Shown one piece after another: positions 39,877 to 52,110 of a stretch of DNA of 64,000 nucleotides. Origin of the DNA: Octopus bimaculoides (taxonomy: Eukaryota); contig NC_068986.1 of the NCBI RefSeq assembly GCF_001194135.2, positions 30,163,091 through 30,227,090 of the forward strand, written 5' to 3'. The notes below the pieces were generated by a model that ran no database searches, was not told the DNA's origin, and was given only the letters and a program-made list of their open reading frames with translations. Each line of letters opens with the position of its first letter. Within the stretch, counting starts at the first letter, position 1. Made by a program: the position numbers and the translations under genes.

Positions 39877-40074
39877 TTAAATCACTGGCTTTTTCCTGGT
39901 TTCATGGCTACTTTACAGTATGAATTCACATCATTGAGTGAGTATAATGACAATTAGATGATAAAACTGCAGGTTATGCATTTTGTTTGTGAATTTCTGC
40001 TTTTCTTTAGATCGCAGAATTCTTTTGTCATACAGTTGTTTATGGCCTCTGTATAACTGCAGTCCAAAAAGTCA

Positions 40075-40730
40075 TCATTTTTAGGCACAAGGTCAACAAT
40101 TTTGATGGAAGTTTGGCTGGTCAATTACATCAACCCCAATCCTTGGCTAGTACTTCATTTTGTCAACCCCAGAAAGATGGAAGGCAAAGCTGACCATGGT
40201 GGGATTTGAACTCAGATTGTAAAGAACAAGAACAAATATTCTTTTCTACTCTAGACACAAGGCCCGAAATTTTTGGGGAGTGGGCTAGTCAATTAGACCC
40301 ACCCCAACTGGTACTTAATTTATCGACCCCAGAAGGATGAAAGGGAAAGTCGACTTTGGCAGAATTTGAACTCAGAACATAAAGACAGATGAAATAACCA
40401 CTAAGTATTTCATTCAACATGCTAACATTTCTTATTTCTTTATTGCCCACAAGGGGCTAAATGTAGAGAGGAAAAACAAGGACAGACAAAGGGGTTAAGC
40501 CGATTACATCGACCCTAGTGCATAACTGGTACTTAATTTATCGACCCCGAAAGAATGAAAGGCAAAGTCGACTTTGGCGGAATTTGAACTCAGAACGTAA
40601 CGGCAGACGAAATACCACTAAGCATTTCGCCTGGCGTGCTAACATTTCTGCCAGCTCACCACCTTAGAACTAGAACAAATACTGTAAGGCTTTACACTAC
40701 TCTAACAAATCTTCTAGTTCATCATCCTTC
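40075..40730 (-). mobile_element. Three nested family B SINEs
   Basis: The outer copy is split by the duplication GAACAAGAACAAATA (40224..40238) / GAACTAGAACAAATA (40667..40681), enclosing two more copies. Confidence 0.8.
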
Positions 40731-41215
40731 CATTATATAATAAGAGTGTTTATAGAGAATGGATAATTAGTTAGTTCTGATATTTGCACACATCTATAAA
40801 GTTAAATTTTATAATTGGATGTCTTATGCCAAGTATTCAATTACAGAGTGAAAGTGATACTTTATTTTCACTTAAATGGAAGAGGAAAATTAGAATAATG
40901 TGATTTGTTTAAAGGTGCAGGTCAATAACTTGCAACCTTTAAGTCAGATCTTGTCAGAATTTTAACTTCTGACTTTTTGTTATCCACTCTTGATGGTGTC
41001 AGTGTATCGTATATGGGATAGAAAGTCGTCAAGAACTGAGATAACAGCTAATTTAGCCTTACACAATTCATGCAAGTCCCACTACCCTTTTTTTAAAACT
41101 GGGTATCTGGTAACTGGCATTAGTTTATCCATTATTTTCTAAATGTTTTAAAACCTGGAATATATTTTTGTGATCATTGTTTTTTTGTTTTTTTTGTATC
41201 ATTATTCTTTTATAA

Positions 41216-41535
41216 TTTTGGCTAATTAGTGGTTAGGATATCTGACTCACAATCGCAAGGTCATAACTTTGATTTTCAATGGCATATTGTGTCCTTGAGC
41301 AAGACACTTTATTTCATGTTGCTCCAGTCCACTCAGCTGGCAAAAATGAATTGTACCTGTATTTCAAAGGGCCAGCTTTGTCATGTTATGTGTCGTGCTG
41401 AATATCCCTAAGAACTACATTAAGGGTACATGTGTCTTGTGGAGTGCTCAGCCAGTTGCACATCAATTTTATGAGCAGGCTGATTCATTGATCAGATCAA
41501 CTAGAAACCTTATCGTCATAACCAGTGGGACACCA
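41216..41535 (+). mobile_element. CORE-like SINE (family D head) with the family E 3' tail
   Basis: TAGTGGTTAGG..GTGTCCTTGAGCAAGACACTTTATTTCATGTTGCTCCAGTCCACTCAGCTG, then CCTGTATTTCAAAGGGCCAGC..GAACTACATTAAGGGTAC..GGAGTGCTCAGCC. Confidence 0.8.
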
Positions 41536-42435
41536 GTTAAATATTTTATCTTTTATTTTTTTTCACTTATTATTCATTATTATTTTTATTTATTTTTTAT
41601 TTATCTATTTGTTTTGGTAGTCAAGTAGTTTCTATTTTTAAGAAAATTGGGATCTGCTGACTCAAGTATTCCAAATTTTAAAGTGAGAACTTCTGGCTCC
41701 AGTAATAAAAAGTAATGATTTCTAACATGGGCTTAATGTCACATATTTTTGTATTGAGGGTATAGTTGATTAAATTGACCCCCTGTAATTGATTGGTTCC
41801 TTATCTCATCACCCCATCCCCCCAGAAGGATGAACAGCAAAGTTGATCTTGGCAGGATATGAATTCAGAACATAAAAGACTAATTAAATACCATAGGGAA
41901 TTTTGTCTGACATACCCATCCACTTCCCATATATAAACAATAAATATAGTAATAGAATTTTATTACACCCTGTAAAATCCTAGCATCAACAAGGGAATAT
42001 TTAAATTTTTAAAGTAATCTAAAGAAGAACATGTGCCCATAAACTTGCCAGGAGTATAGAGATAGTTTTTATTTTTGTATAGAGATAGTTTTAATTTTAA
42101 ATTTAGTTTCAGTCATATAACTGTGGCCATGTTAAAGAACAGATGTTTTCTTTCTGAAAGATTTGATGCAGCAGCTGTCATTTAAAGAAATTGTATATAT
42201 TATTTCCTCTGAAATATAAATATTCCAAATATATTTTCTCAAACTTTAGTTTTCAATTCAGAAATTTTAAATAAATTTACTTCATATTCTATTAACCCCA
42301 CAAACCTATCTCATTGCTTCTAATAATATTTGAACCCTCTTGAGGTTATTTACAGTATTTATGGCTCAGAAAGTGGGTATTCAGCAGTATATAGTTTAAA
42401 AGTTTTGTTTTGTAACTACATGATTCCAAATTCAG

Positions 42436-42760
42436 TCATGCAATATGGCCAGCCCATCTATATTTGTTCTCCTTGATGGTTCTTGGGATGATGTTGTCTC
42501 TTGAATGCTGTCAAATCCAGGCATTTGTTTTCTTGTCCTTTAATGTAATGCCAAGCATGATTCATTCCATTTTCCATTGGGCTGCAATGAGGGCATTCAT
42601 GATGGAAGTGTTAAGAACCCATGTTTCATTGCCATAACTCATGACTGGCAGGATGCACTCATCATAGATCTTTCTTTTAATTTTCATGAAAGCCCCCACG
42701 ACTTTGCAAGAGATTTTCCACCTTCTCAAAGGCTGCCCAACCAAGTGCTATTCTTCAGAT
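42436..42760 (-). pseudogene. RTE-clade LINE ORF fragment (post-RT region), inverted
   Basis: IxRIALGWAAFEKV..KRKIYDECILPVMSYGNETWVL..AAQWKME*IMLGITLKDKKTNAWI..NKYRWAGHIA: diagnostic RTE motifs. Confidence 0.9.
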
Positions 42761-42938
42761 GGACAATCAGGGTGACGGAATGGACAAGACAATGGACAAG
42801 ATCAAAAGGCCAACCAAAAACAAGATGGCAAAATGATCTTACATGCTATTTGGATCCTACATGCCCATGATTTGTCAGAGACAGACAGCAGTGGAAGGGG
42901 TTCAGAGAGGAGTGACGAAACCTTGGATGTTGAATGTA
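42757..42938 (+). pseudogene. RTE-clade LINE 3' terminal fragment
   Basis: RWTIRVTEWTRQWTRSKGQPKTRWQNDL..VRDRQQWKGFREE*, the RW...V.EW.P...R..GRP..RW.D motif that normally follows RWAGHIAR. Confidence 0.9.
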
Positions 42939-43566
42939 GGATTCTAGATTTGATCTCAATACATGCCACCTTGAGCAAACATCCCCTCTTGTAGCCTTCA
43001 GGTTGACTAACACCTTGTGAATGGAATTTGATTGACTATAACTTTGTAGTTTAATGTGAGTGTGTGTATGTTCAGTTTCTGATTTTTGGTGGTTATAGTA
43101 TTCTCAGTACAATTTCAAACTCAAGAGAGAAGTATCTGCTGATTTCTGGCCACCAGATTCATAAACTTGTCAACAACTTCCTGTTTGTAATCATCAGTGT
43201 TAATAATTGGCCTTGCATTTCTTGATATTTAAACTGAATTTTACTTAATTGCTTTTCCTTTACCCACACATCAATATTCCAGTAGTAAGATTTAAATTAT
43301 TTTGACTTCTAAGCTAAATATTCATTTGCCATCAGAGCTGCTAAATAAGTTAGATAAATTCTGGAATGTTAGATGAAGAATTCAGGTCTTGATATTTTGA
43401 AAAGGGGGAAGTTGTTAAATAGTTGGACATAGTAGAACTCACTAAATTGTGGGTTTAATGAAGAGGAAAAATTACATATGGTCAATCACTTAGATGTAAA
43501 AACCACTGACAGGTATAAATAAGAAATTAAAAAATGGTGAGTAAGAAAATGTAGAATTTTTCATAG

Positions 43567-43608
43567 TCTTCTTACAAAGAAAAACAGTGATATCTGTTGA
43601 GATTGTTG
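43567..43608 (+). CDS. Candidate 42-bp exon (xFLQRKTVISVEIVx)
   Basis: Acceptor ATTTTTCATAG, donor TTG|GTAAGT, a single open frame (phase 1-1). Confidence 0.2.
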
Positions 43609-44607
43609 GTAAGTAAAATATTTATTCATTTTAAAAATGAAGAAAAATGTCATTGCTACAAGCAACAAACATTGATAGAGTTTTGAGATAATTTTTCTTG
43701 GTTAGCTGTGATTGTAGCAGCAGTCAAACTGTGATTAGCTGCTGGTCTTCCTGCCGTCTGTTCATTACATTAACTGTTATCAGCTTCAGTCAACTGCTGT
43801 CCACCATATCTTTCTGCTGTCTGCCTACCATCTCATCTCTCCATAGAAGCTAAGGTGTGCTGAATACATAGTGATGGTTGGGCTCAGAAAGAAATGCACC
43901 AAAAGATGAAATTGTTGCTGGACCTGGTTCCAGGTGAAGTCTTGATTGGTCAGATCTTTTTCAGTGATGTGGGAAATATTCTAGTGACTCACGACATCAG
44001 ATACAGTGAGCTGATTGCCAAATGTTCCCACTACAGTTTTGATATATGGAATGTCTATAATGTTATTCTGCTTGTCATTACAAACGCTGAAATGTTGCAC
44101 TTTTAACAATCTTAACTATGGAATAAAATCAAAGACAAAATCAAAACTTTTATTGAAACGATGCTATGAAGATCCTATAAATGTGTCGTTCAAAACAGAA
44201 ATCAGAAAACTTATTAAACATAAAATTTCTAAAGATCCTGCTAATACAGGTAAATATGAAGCGCGAATACAAACAAACATAAATAAATTTTGTCTGAAGT
44301 ATTGTGGGTATTGAGTTGTTGACTTGTTGGGGTGGGATTTAAACATCATTGCAGATGTCATTCTATGTTTCTAAGAACGACAGTCAATTCTGCCCTGTTC
44401 ATTTGATTGTGGAGAAACAGTAATGGCTATTTGATGTTTTAGGGGTATAGTTACCTTGCATAAATTAATGTCTTGTCTAGAGGGAGATTTGTTGAGCGTC
44501 CACTTAATGCTGTAAAAACTGGCTGTGTACTGGATTTTGGGTCCCAGAGTTAAAGTTTATTACTGGCATTTACACAGCAGATAATATCAAAGCAGTAGTA
44601 GCCTTTT

Positions 44608-45255
44608 TACTGTAGGCACAAGGCCTGAAATTTTGAGAGGAGGCCAATCAAGTACATCAACCCTAGTACTCAACTGGTGCTTATTTCATTGATACCAAAA
44701 AGATGAAAGGCCAAGTCACCCTTGGTGGAGTTTGAACTCAGAATGTAAAGATGAACGAAATGCCACTAAACACTTTGGCATGCTAATGATTCTACCAGCT
44801 TACTTCCTTAGTATTCTTTTCTACTCCAAGCAAAGGGCCCAAAATTTGGGGGGAGAGGGCCAGTCGATTAGATCGACCCCAATTTGTCACTGGTACTTAA
44901 TTTATTGACCCTGAAAGGATGGAGGGCAAAGTCGACCTTGGCAGAATTTGAACTCAGAATCTAAAGACAGACAAAATACTGCTAAGCGTTTTGCCCAGCG
45001 TGCTAACATTTCTGCCAGCCTTAATATTAAATAGTGCTATTGGTTTCAAATTTTGGCACAAGGCCAGTAAGTTCAGGGGAGTGGGGTAAATCGATTACAT
45101 CAATCCCAGCATTCAACTGGTACTTATTTTATCAACCCTGAAAGGATGAAAGGGAAAGTGGTCCTGTGCAGAATTTGAACTCAGAATGTAAAGCCAGATG
45201 AATTGCTGCTAAGTATTTTGCGCAGTGTGCTATTGATTCTGCCAGTTTGCCACCT
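44608..45255 (-). mobile_element. Three head-to-tail family B SINEs
   Basis: Three successive GCACAAGGCC/AAAGGGCC..GAACTCAGAAT..CTGCCAGC units at about 44608, 44815 and 45040. Confidence 0.85.
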
Positions 45256-45905
45256 AAATATCAAAGTAGCATTATTAATATTTAGATAAAATTATATGCT
45301 GTTAATGTTAGGCGGACTTTCTTTACTCAGTTGTATTAAACTCCTCAAGTTCTTGATAACTACCAGTAGGAAATAATGTGACTGAGTGAAGGAAAAAAAT
45401 GACTGCTTTTAAGATTGGCTATATTTTTATATTATTTTTTTTTTATAGATATTTTACATCATGTTGTGTGAGCATATGTTAGAGCTTTTAAATGAATTGC
45501 TGCATTATGATATAACTGCATTATAGTCACTGCATTATGATGTCAAGAAAGCCTCTGTACAATATATGCCGATAGCTGCCACAGAGTATTTCCATTCAAA
45601 GACACTGGTTTGCTAGTTTTCATGCTGATGTTTTTATATCTGGTGCCAATATATATATCAGAAGGACACACACATACACACAGTGGGCTTTCACATATTT
45701 CATGCCCACTAAATTACACTCACAAGGCATTAGTCAACCTGAGACAATGGAAAAAGACTCTTGCCCAAAACACTGTGGAATTGAACTCAGGATCACTTGG
45801 TCACATGCAAAGTGAACTTCTTAACCACACAACCATATATCTAAATGTTCATTAAATGTATTTTCTGTCTAGTTACCAATAACTATATTAATATATTGAC
45901 ATACT

Positions 45906-46045
45906 AAGGCGATGAGCTGGCAGAAATGTCAGCACGCCAGGTGAAATGTTTAGCAGTATTTCGTCTGTCTTTACGTTCTGAGTTCAATTTGCACCAAGGT
46001 CAACTTTGCCTTTCATCCTTTTGGGGTCGATAAATTAAGTACCAA
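45906..46045 (+). mobile_element. SINE family B, 3' truncated
   Basis: TAAGGCGATGAGCTGGCAGAAATG..GGGGTCGATAAATTAAGTACC. Confidence 0.85.
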
Positions 46046-46145
46046 TATACTGACATACATTTTCATCTATATAAGAACTAGTTTATTTTTCCTGTAATAA
46101 ATCTAAACCACCTTTACATTCCATTTTCTTTTCTCTCTTTCACAG

Positions 46146-46169
46146 AATAAATTTATGGTTCTGCTTTTG
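46146..46169 (+). CDS. Candidate 24-bp micro-exon (NKFMVLLL or xINLWFCFx)
   Basis: Very strong acceptor TTCCATTTTCTTTTCTCTCTTTCACAG, donor TTG|GTAAGT, length a multiple of 3. Confidence 0.45.
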
Positions 46170-46531
46170 GTAAGTCAAAACATTTTTGTCCTCTGAATTT
46201 AGAAGTTCTTGCATGATGTCATTCTAAGACATTTATTCCAGCATTTAAAAAAATTTTATTTTTATTCTTTTCCTTTTTAAATTACTTATTCATTGAATTT
46301 ACTATCAATGTCTTTCAGTTTGACGTCATATAAGCAAGTTCCTAGTTCAGATTCCTGTTATGCTTAGTTGCTAAATAAGTAGTTCAGATTGCATGGCAAG
46401 AAAATTGGTAACTTCCTTCTAGTTGTTTACCTATCATCCCATCTGAACTATTTACTAATCTTAGACGACTGAAATAGCTTTAACAGCTATTTCCTCTTTT
46501 GATAAAGGTTAGTGAGTTAGTTCTAGGTTAA

Positions 46532-46975
46532 ACACTTTTGTCATCATTCTTTTGTTGAAATGAACTGCATTTGTTTTACCTAATTTTGAAAATAATGAAG
46601 GATTGAATAGAATAACTTTGTCATTATTAAACTGGTGTTTGGAACATAAATTAGTATAAATTAGCATATATTAGCATGTAACGCAAGGTTTTATTGTAGT
46701 TCACTTAAACCCTTTAGTATTTAAACTGGCCGTATCCAACTGAAATATTTTACCTGTTTTATGTTCAAACCAGCCAGATCTGGCTTCTCACACATACCTA
46801 CAATGTCATTCTAAAATAAATAATCATGTCATTGAAATATTGAAGCTATGAGATAATGTATGATTAATTCAAAGCAATATGAGTAAATAAGCATTACATT
46901 TGACAGAGTAATCTGATTGCTTAAGGGTTAAACAGAACATTTGTATCATAGAACCAAAGATGGTCTTAGACAGGT
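46532..46975. mobile_element. Second TTAA-type element (P2) containing a nested P1 MITE
   Basis: Begins TTAA-ACACTTTTG, ends GG-TTAA; the inner segment resembles 15276..15400. Confidence 0.5.
46710..46927. mobile_element. piggyBac-like TTAA MITE (family P1), complete
   Basis: CCCTTTAGTATTT ... ATTGCTTAAGGG|TTAA; collinear with 39656..39876. Confidence 0.85.
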
Positions 46976-47689
46976 TAACACTTTGCCGACTAAACCCATT
47001 TTTGCCATATTTTCTTTTGCACCAGTGGTCTAATTTTCTAATAGATTATGTATTAATTTTTTAAGTATGTAGCTGCATTCCATTGACTGTAACAAGTAAA
47101 AGAGAAGGGGAAGAAAAGGATAGAGATTTGTCTAGTTCTCTATATAAACTGACCACATTGGTTTATAACATGGTTATCACTGGGGATTCGTCCAGTACAG
47201 AACAAATATTATATTCATTCTGTATTGCAGGAATCACTAGTAGCCAAAGTGTTACAAAATATAAATGAGCAATGAGGAATTTTTTTTCTTTATTCCAAAT
47301 TCTCATGATTCAACTTCTAGCCCTCAAAAATTGCCAGTATTGCATAATAATATAAAAATTAGCACTGGAATATTCTTTCAATTGATGTGAAGCTCTTCTT
47401 CTTCTTCTTCTTCTTCTTCTTCTTCTTCTCTGATGAATAATATCATTTCTAGTTGATGACTAGTAAATGTATAAAAATAAAGGTTGAGGCCTATTTTTGT
47501 TTTCTTTCTCAAAAGCTTCACCCACATAAACTGTTTCCAAAATTAACTTGTTTCTCCATATTTATGCAGTGTCAGACAGTTCAACAACTGCATGCTCCAA
47601 TTCTACGGTATCAGCATTTATTAATTTATCAATTGGGACCTTCCCAGACTACTGATAATATTTCAACTGAACAAGTTAGCCACTATGTG

Positions 47690-48180
47690 GTCACTCAAAG
47701 CACTAGAAATAGTGGCTAAATCTCCTTCAAACTACACTACTATATTAAAAAAAAAAAGAAGCATACATTGGATAATGCAGGTTTTGATATACAAAATTAT
47801 GTGATGGTCACGACTGGAATGCCTTTGGTCATAGGTCTACTTTATCAAGGCTAACCTGGGACTAAATAATAACAAATTATAGGGTTTATTCATTACTAAT
47901 TTTCATGAGGGAGTCTCTACATGGTTGTTTTATCTGCTAGAAACAGTAGCCAAATCTTTCTAAGATTAGGCCAGACCATCTTAAAAAAGAAGGTCGCATC
48001 AGATATGATATCTATGGGAATACTATGCCTGAGGAAGAAAGAAAGAAAAAAAGAAAGAAAGAAAAAAAGAAAGAAAGAAAAAAAGAAAGAAAGAAAGAAG
48101 ACCATGGTCATCATTGAAAACACCTTTGATAACAGGCCTTTTAAGTCAAGGGTGACCTGGGGTTAAACAAAAACAGCTAA
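47690..48180 (+). mobile_element. Two tandem copies of a further dispersed repeat (CTAGAAATAG..GCCAAATC..GGAATGCCTTTG..ACCTGGGG.TAAACAAC)
   Basis: The same module is seen at about 410-590, 20490-20690, 37050-37250 (reverse) and 59695-59750; the (ACA)-like end suggests a retroposon tail. Confidence 0.65.
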
Positions 48181-48364
48181 ATTTATCCATTAGCATATGT
48201 TCAATCCAACATACTTCTGTTCTACATATCACTTAATGCATACATCATCTCTAAATATCTGAGTATGAGGAATCTTTTAAACGTACTTGAGTCATTCCAC
48301 ATAGCATGCAGGAGGTTCTCAAGGTTGCATACAACATTATTTATATTCATATATGTATGTATAT

Positions 48365-48637
48365 AGCAAGATCGTTGCCAGTGCCCCCGGACTGGCTCTT
48401 GTGCGGGTGGCACATAAAAGACACCATTTCGAGCGTGGCCGTTTTCGTGCGGGTGACACGTAAAAGCACCCACTACACTCTCTGAGTGGTTGGCGTTAGG
48501 AAGGGCATCCAGCTGTAGAAACTCTGCCAAATTAGATTGGAGCCTGGTGTTGCCATCCGGTTTCACCAGTCCTCAGTCAAATCGTCCAACCCATGCTAGC
48601 ATGGAAGGCGGATGTTAAACGATGATGATGATGATGA

Positions 48638-48640
<3 letters not shown>
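48365..48640 (+). mobile_element. Family C 3' portion with two internal hairpin modules
   Basis: GTGCGGGTGGCACATAAAAGACACC and GTGCGGGTGACACGTAAAAGCACCC, then the standard (GAT)n tail. Confidence 0.9.
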
Positions 48641-48672
<32 letters not shown>

Positions 48673-50222
48673 CTTATGTATGCATGTATATTTATTTACA
48701 CACATACTATGTATTCTATCTACAATTGTACCATCCAGGATCTCTTTTATATTTGTAAATTACATTCTAAGCTATATTAAGCCTATTTAAGGGGTTATAT
48801 TAATCTTCTGCAACTGACAGGATTAATTTAGATTATCTAAATTTCTGCTTCGTATTATTCCAATGAAATTATATTTGTTTTTAATAACAGTGCTGTGATT
48901 ACTCACTCATCACCGAGTCTGTGGACTGAAGCATTCATTTCTGTTTAGCTATTTAAGAATACTCTCTGTAAGATAGAGTTTAAGAATGCTATATGACAAC
49001 AGAGCTTGGGACAACCCTCTTGTTTCTCAACTCCTGTCAAACTATCCAAACTAGGCCAGCATGGAAAATGGACATTATATGAGGAGGATGATGACGATGA
49101 TAATGATGATGATGATGATGATGATGACGATGACATCGACGATGTGCCATGCTAATCCAGCTTGGGAATTGCACTAAGACAGCATGTGTCTATGGAATAC
49201 TCAGCTACTGACACATACATTTAATGACCCTCGCATTTCAACTGATTGAACAAGTGAATGCTCATTGTCAAAACTGATGAAAGATTTACCACTGTTCAAG
49301 TTTGTATATGTAGTAAGCAATATGTAGTAACACCTATTGAACATAAATGGCATTGTGTTTGAAATGTTTCACAAGAACACATTTACATTTGATGCTGGGT
49401 TTATGTAGTAACCAAAACTTTATTGCTATTTAGTAACTGGCAATAAATATCTGAAGTAGTTTTCATAACACTTACATATTCCTTTTCATCATTGCCTTCA
49501 TTAGCATAACAAATTTTTGCATTGAACCTTGTTCTTTGATGAAGATCATTTGAGATCTGTGAACATTGCTTCTTTGAAAATTTTCCTCCTTGAAGTTTTT
49601 GTATCTTGGCTAATTTTTATTCCTGACGTTGGTACATTATGACAAATGTGTGTGTGTGTGTGTGTGTGTNNNNNNNNNNGTGTGTGTTTGTGTGTGTGTA
49701 TTTGTATGTGTGTGTGTGCATGTGAGAGTGTGTGTGCATGTGTATGTGTGTTTGTGTGTGTGCATGTGTGTGTGTACATGTGTGTGTGTGTGTGTGTAGT
49801 CAGATCAACCCCAATAATTGATTGGTATTTATTTTATTGATGCTAGGAGGTTTGAAAGGTAAGTCAGTTCCAGCAGGATTTGAACTCGAAATGTTATCAG
49901 ACATAACTAAATACTCAAAAGTGTTTAACCCAGTGATCTAGTAGATCTATCACCCACCACCTAAATATTGATTTCCAACATTGGCTCAAACTCACACATT
50001 CAAGGATAAAGATATTGTCAATTGAATTGACACTAGTATTTGACAGGTGCTAAGCTATACAGGCAGATATTTTAACAAAAGAAAAGCAGTCTAGAAGAAA
50101 ACCAAATATAAGTGTAGCTATATTCATTGCATAGCTATATTCATTGCATAGCTATATTCATTGATGCTGCATTGAAGAAACCAAAGAACCAAAGGCCAAA
50201 GAAAAAGGAGAAAGTAAAAACG

Positions 50223-50507
50223 TAGGCACAGGAGTGGCTGTGTGGTAAGTAGCTTGCTTACCAACCACATGGATCTGGATTCAGTCCCACTGTGTGGCAC
50301 CTTGGACAAGTGTCTTCTACTATAGCCTCGGGCCGACCAAAGTCTTGTGAGTCGATTTGGTAGATGGAAACTGAAAGAAGCCCGTCGTATATATGTATCT
50401 GTATATATATACATGTGTGTTTGTGTGTCTGTGTTTGTCCCCCCAACATCACTAGACAAAGAATAAGTCCTGAGGTCGATTTGCTCGACTAAAGGTGGTG
50501 CTCCAGC
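50223..50507 (+). mobile_element. SINE family A (left arm of inverted pair)
   Basis: Complete head, short microsatellite, internal deletion, partial tail. Confidence 0.9.
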
Positions 50508-50813
50508 CTAGTACTTATTCTATCGGTCTCTTTTGCCGAACCGCTAAGTGGCGGGGACATAAATACACCAGCATCGGTTGTCAAGCAATGCTAAGGGAGA
50601 CAAACACAGACACACAAACACACATATATATATATATACATATACATATATACGACGGGCTTTTTTCATTTTCCGTCTACCAAATCCACTCACAAGACTT
50701 TGGTCGGCCCGAGGCTATAGTAGAAGACACTTGCCCAAGATGCCACGCAGTGGGACTGAACCCAGAACCATGTGGTTGGTAAGCAAGCTACTTACCACAC
50801 AGTCACTCCTGTG
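50505..50813 (-). mobile_element. SINE family A (right arm of inverted pair)
   Basis: Head to mid-body on the reverse strand, lacking the tail. Confidence 0.9.
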
Positions 50814-51394
50814 ATCACATTCAATAATACTTTGTGTTGCTTTAATTTCTCATGTAATAAGCGAGGCAGATGTTTAAATTTTGTATTGGTTTCTGACATA
50901 GGTACAAGGCATTAATTTCAGGGTAGAATACCAGTCAATTAGTCTAACTCTAGTATCTAACTGGTACTTTATTTTTTCGACACTTAAGGTTCCTAGGCAA
51001 AGCTGACTTCAGCAGGAATTGAACTCAGAATGTAATGAGCCGTAACTAAATACTGGAAAGTATTTTATGACACCCTAACAATTCTTATTCATTCCTGCTA
51101 TTTCTTCACATTGCATTTAAAAGAAAGAAAAGATACATGTAAACTCATAGATATTATTACACAAGAATGACAACTTCTGTTCTTCTGTTCCCTTCTGGTA
51201 AAAATCTCACAGTCAATTGCATTCATTATAAAGAGGTTTCCAGATGTCATGTGTTTCATCAATTCAGGATACAGAGAAGGGAAAATGTTAAATAATTGAA
51301 ATGCCTTAAGAAATAAAGTGCAGTCTGCTTCTATCTTCAGATAGATCACTTTTTAAAGTTATCTCTACAGGTTTTCTGTAGAAATTATAGCTAA

Positions 51395-51585
51395 TAGGTG
51401 CAGGAGTGGCTGTGTGGTAAGTAGCTTGCTTACCAACCACATGGTTCCGGGTTCAGTCCCACTGTGTGGCACCTTGGGCAAATGTGTTCTACTATAGGCT
51501 CAGGCCGACCAATGCCTTGTGAGTGGATTTGGTAGATGGAAACTGAAAGAAGCCCGTCGTATATATGTATATATATATATATATN
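51395..51585 (+). mobile_element. SINE family A, 5' part up to the gap
   Basis: AGGTGCAGGAGTGGCTGTGTGGTAAG..GAAAGAAGCCCGTCGTATAT. Confidence 0.9.
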
Positions 51586-52079
51586 NNNNNNNNNNNNNNN
51601 NNNNNNNNNNNNNNNNNNNNNNNNNNNNNNNNNNNNNNNNNNNNNNNNNNNNNNNNNNNNNNNNNNNNNNNNNNNNNNNNNNNNNNNNNNNNNNNNNNNN
51701 NNNNNNNNNNNNNNNNNNNNNNNNNNNNNNNNNNNNNNNNNNNNNNNNNNNNNNNNNNNNNNNNNNNNNNNNNNNNNNNNNNNNNNNNNNNNNNNNNNNN
51801 NNNNNNNNNNNNNNNNNNNNNNNNNNNNNNNNNNNNNNNNNNNNNNNNNNNNNNNNNNNNNNNNNNNNNNNNNNNNNNNNNNNNNNNNNNNNNNNNNNNN
51901 NNNNNNNNNNNNNNNNNNNNNNNNNNNNNNNNNNNNNNNNNNNNNNNNNNNNNNNNNNNNNNNNNNNNNNNNNNNNNNNNNNNNNNNNNNNNNNNNNNNN
52001 NNNNNNNNNNNNNNNNNNNNNNNNNNNNNNNNNNNNNNNNNNNNNNNNNNNNNNNNNNNNNNNNNNNNNNNNNNNNNNN

Positions 52080-52110
<31 letters not shown>

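Noticed and set aside
43894-44520. ORFs at 43894-44361 and a possible Penelope GIY-YIG C-terminal remnant (YSIKWTL.. on the minus strand)
   Set aside because: The similarity is only a few residues and cannot be supported without a profile search.
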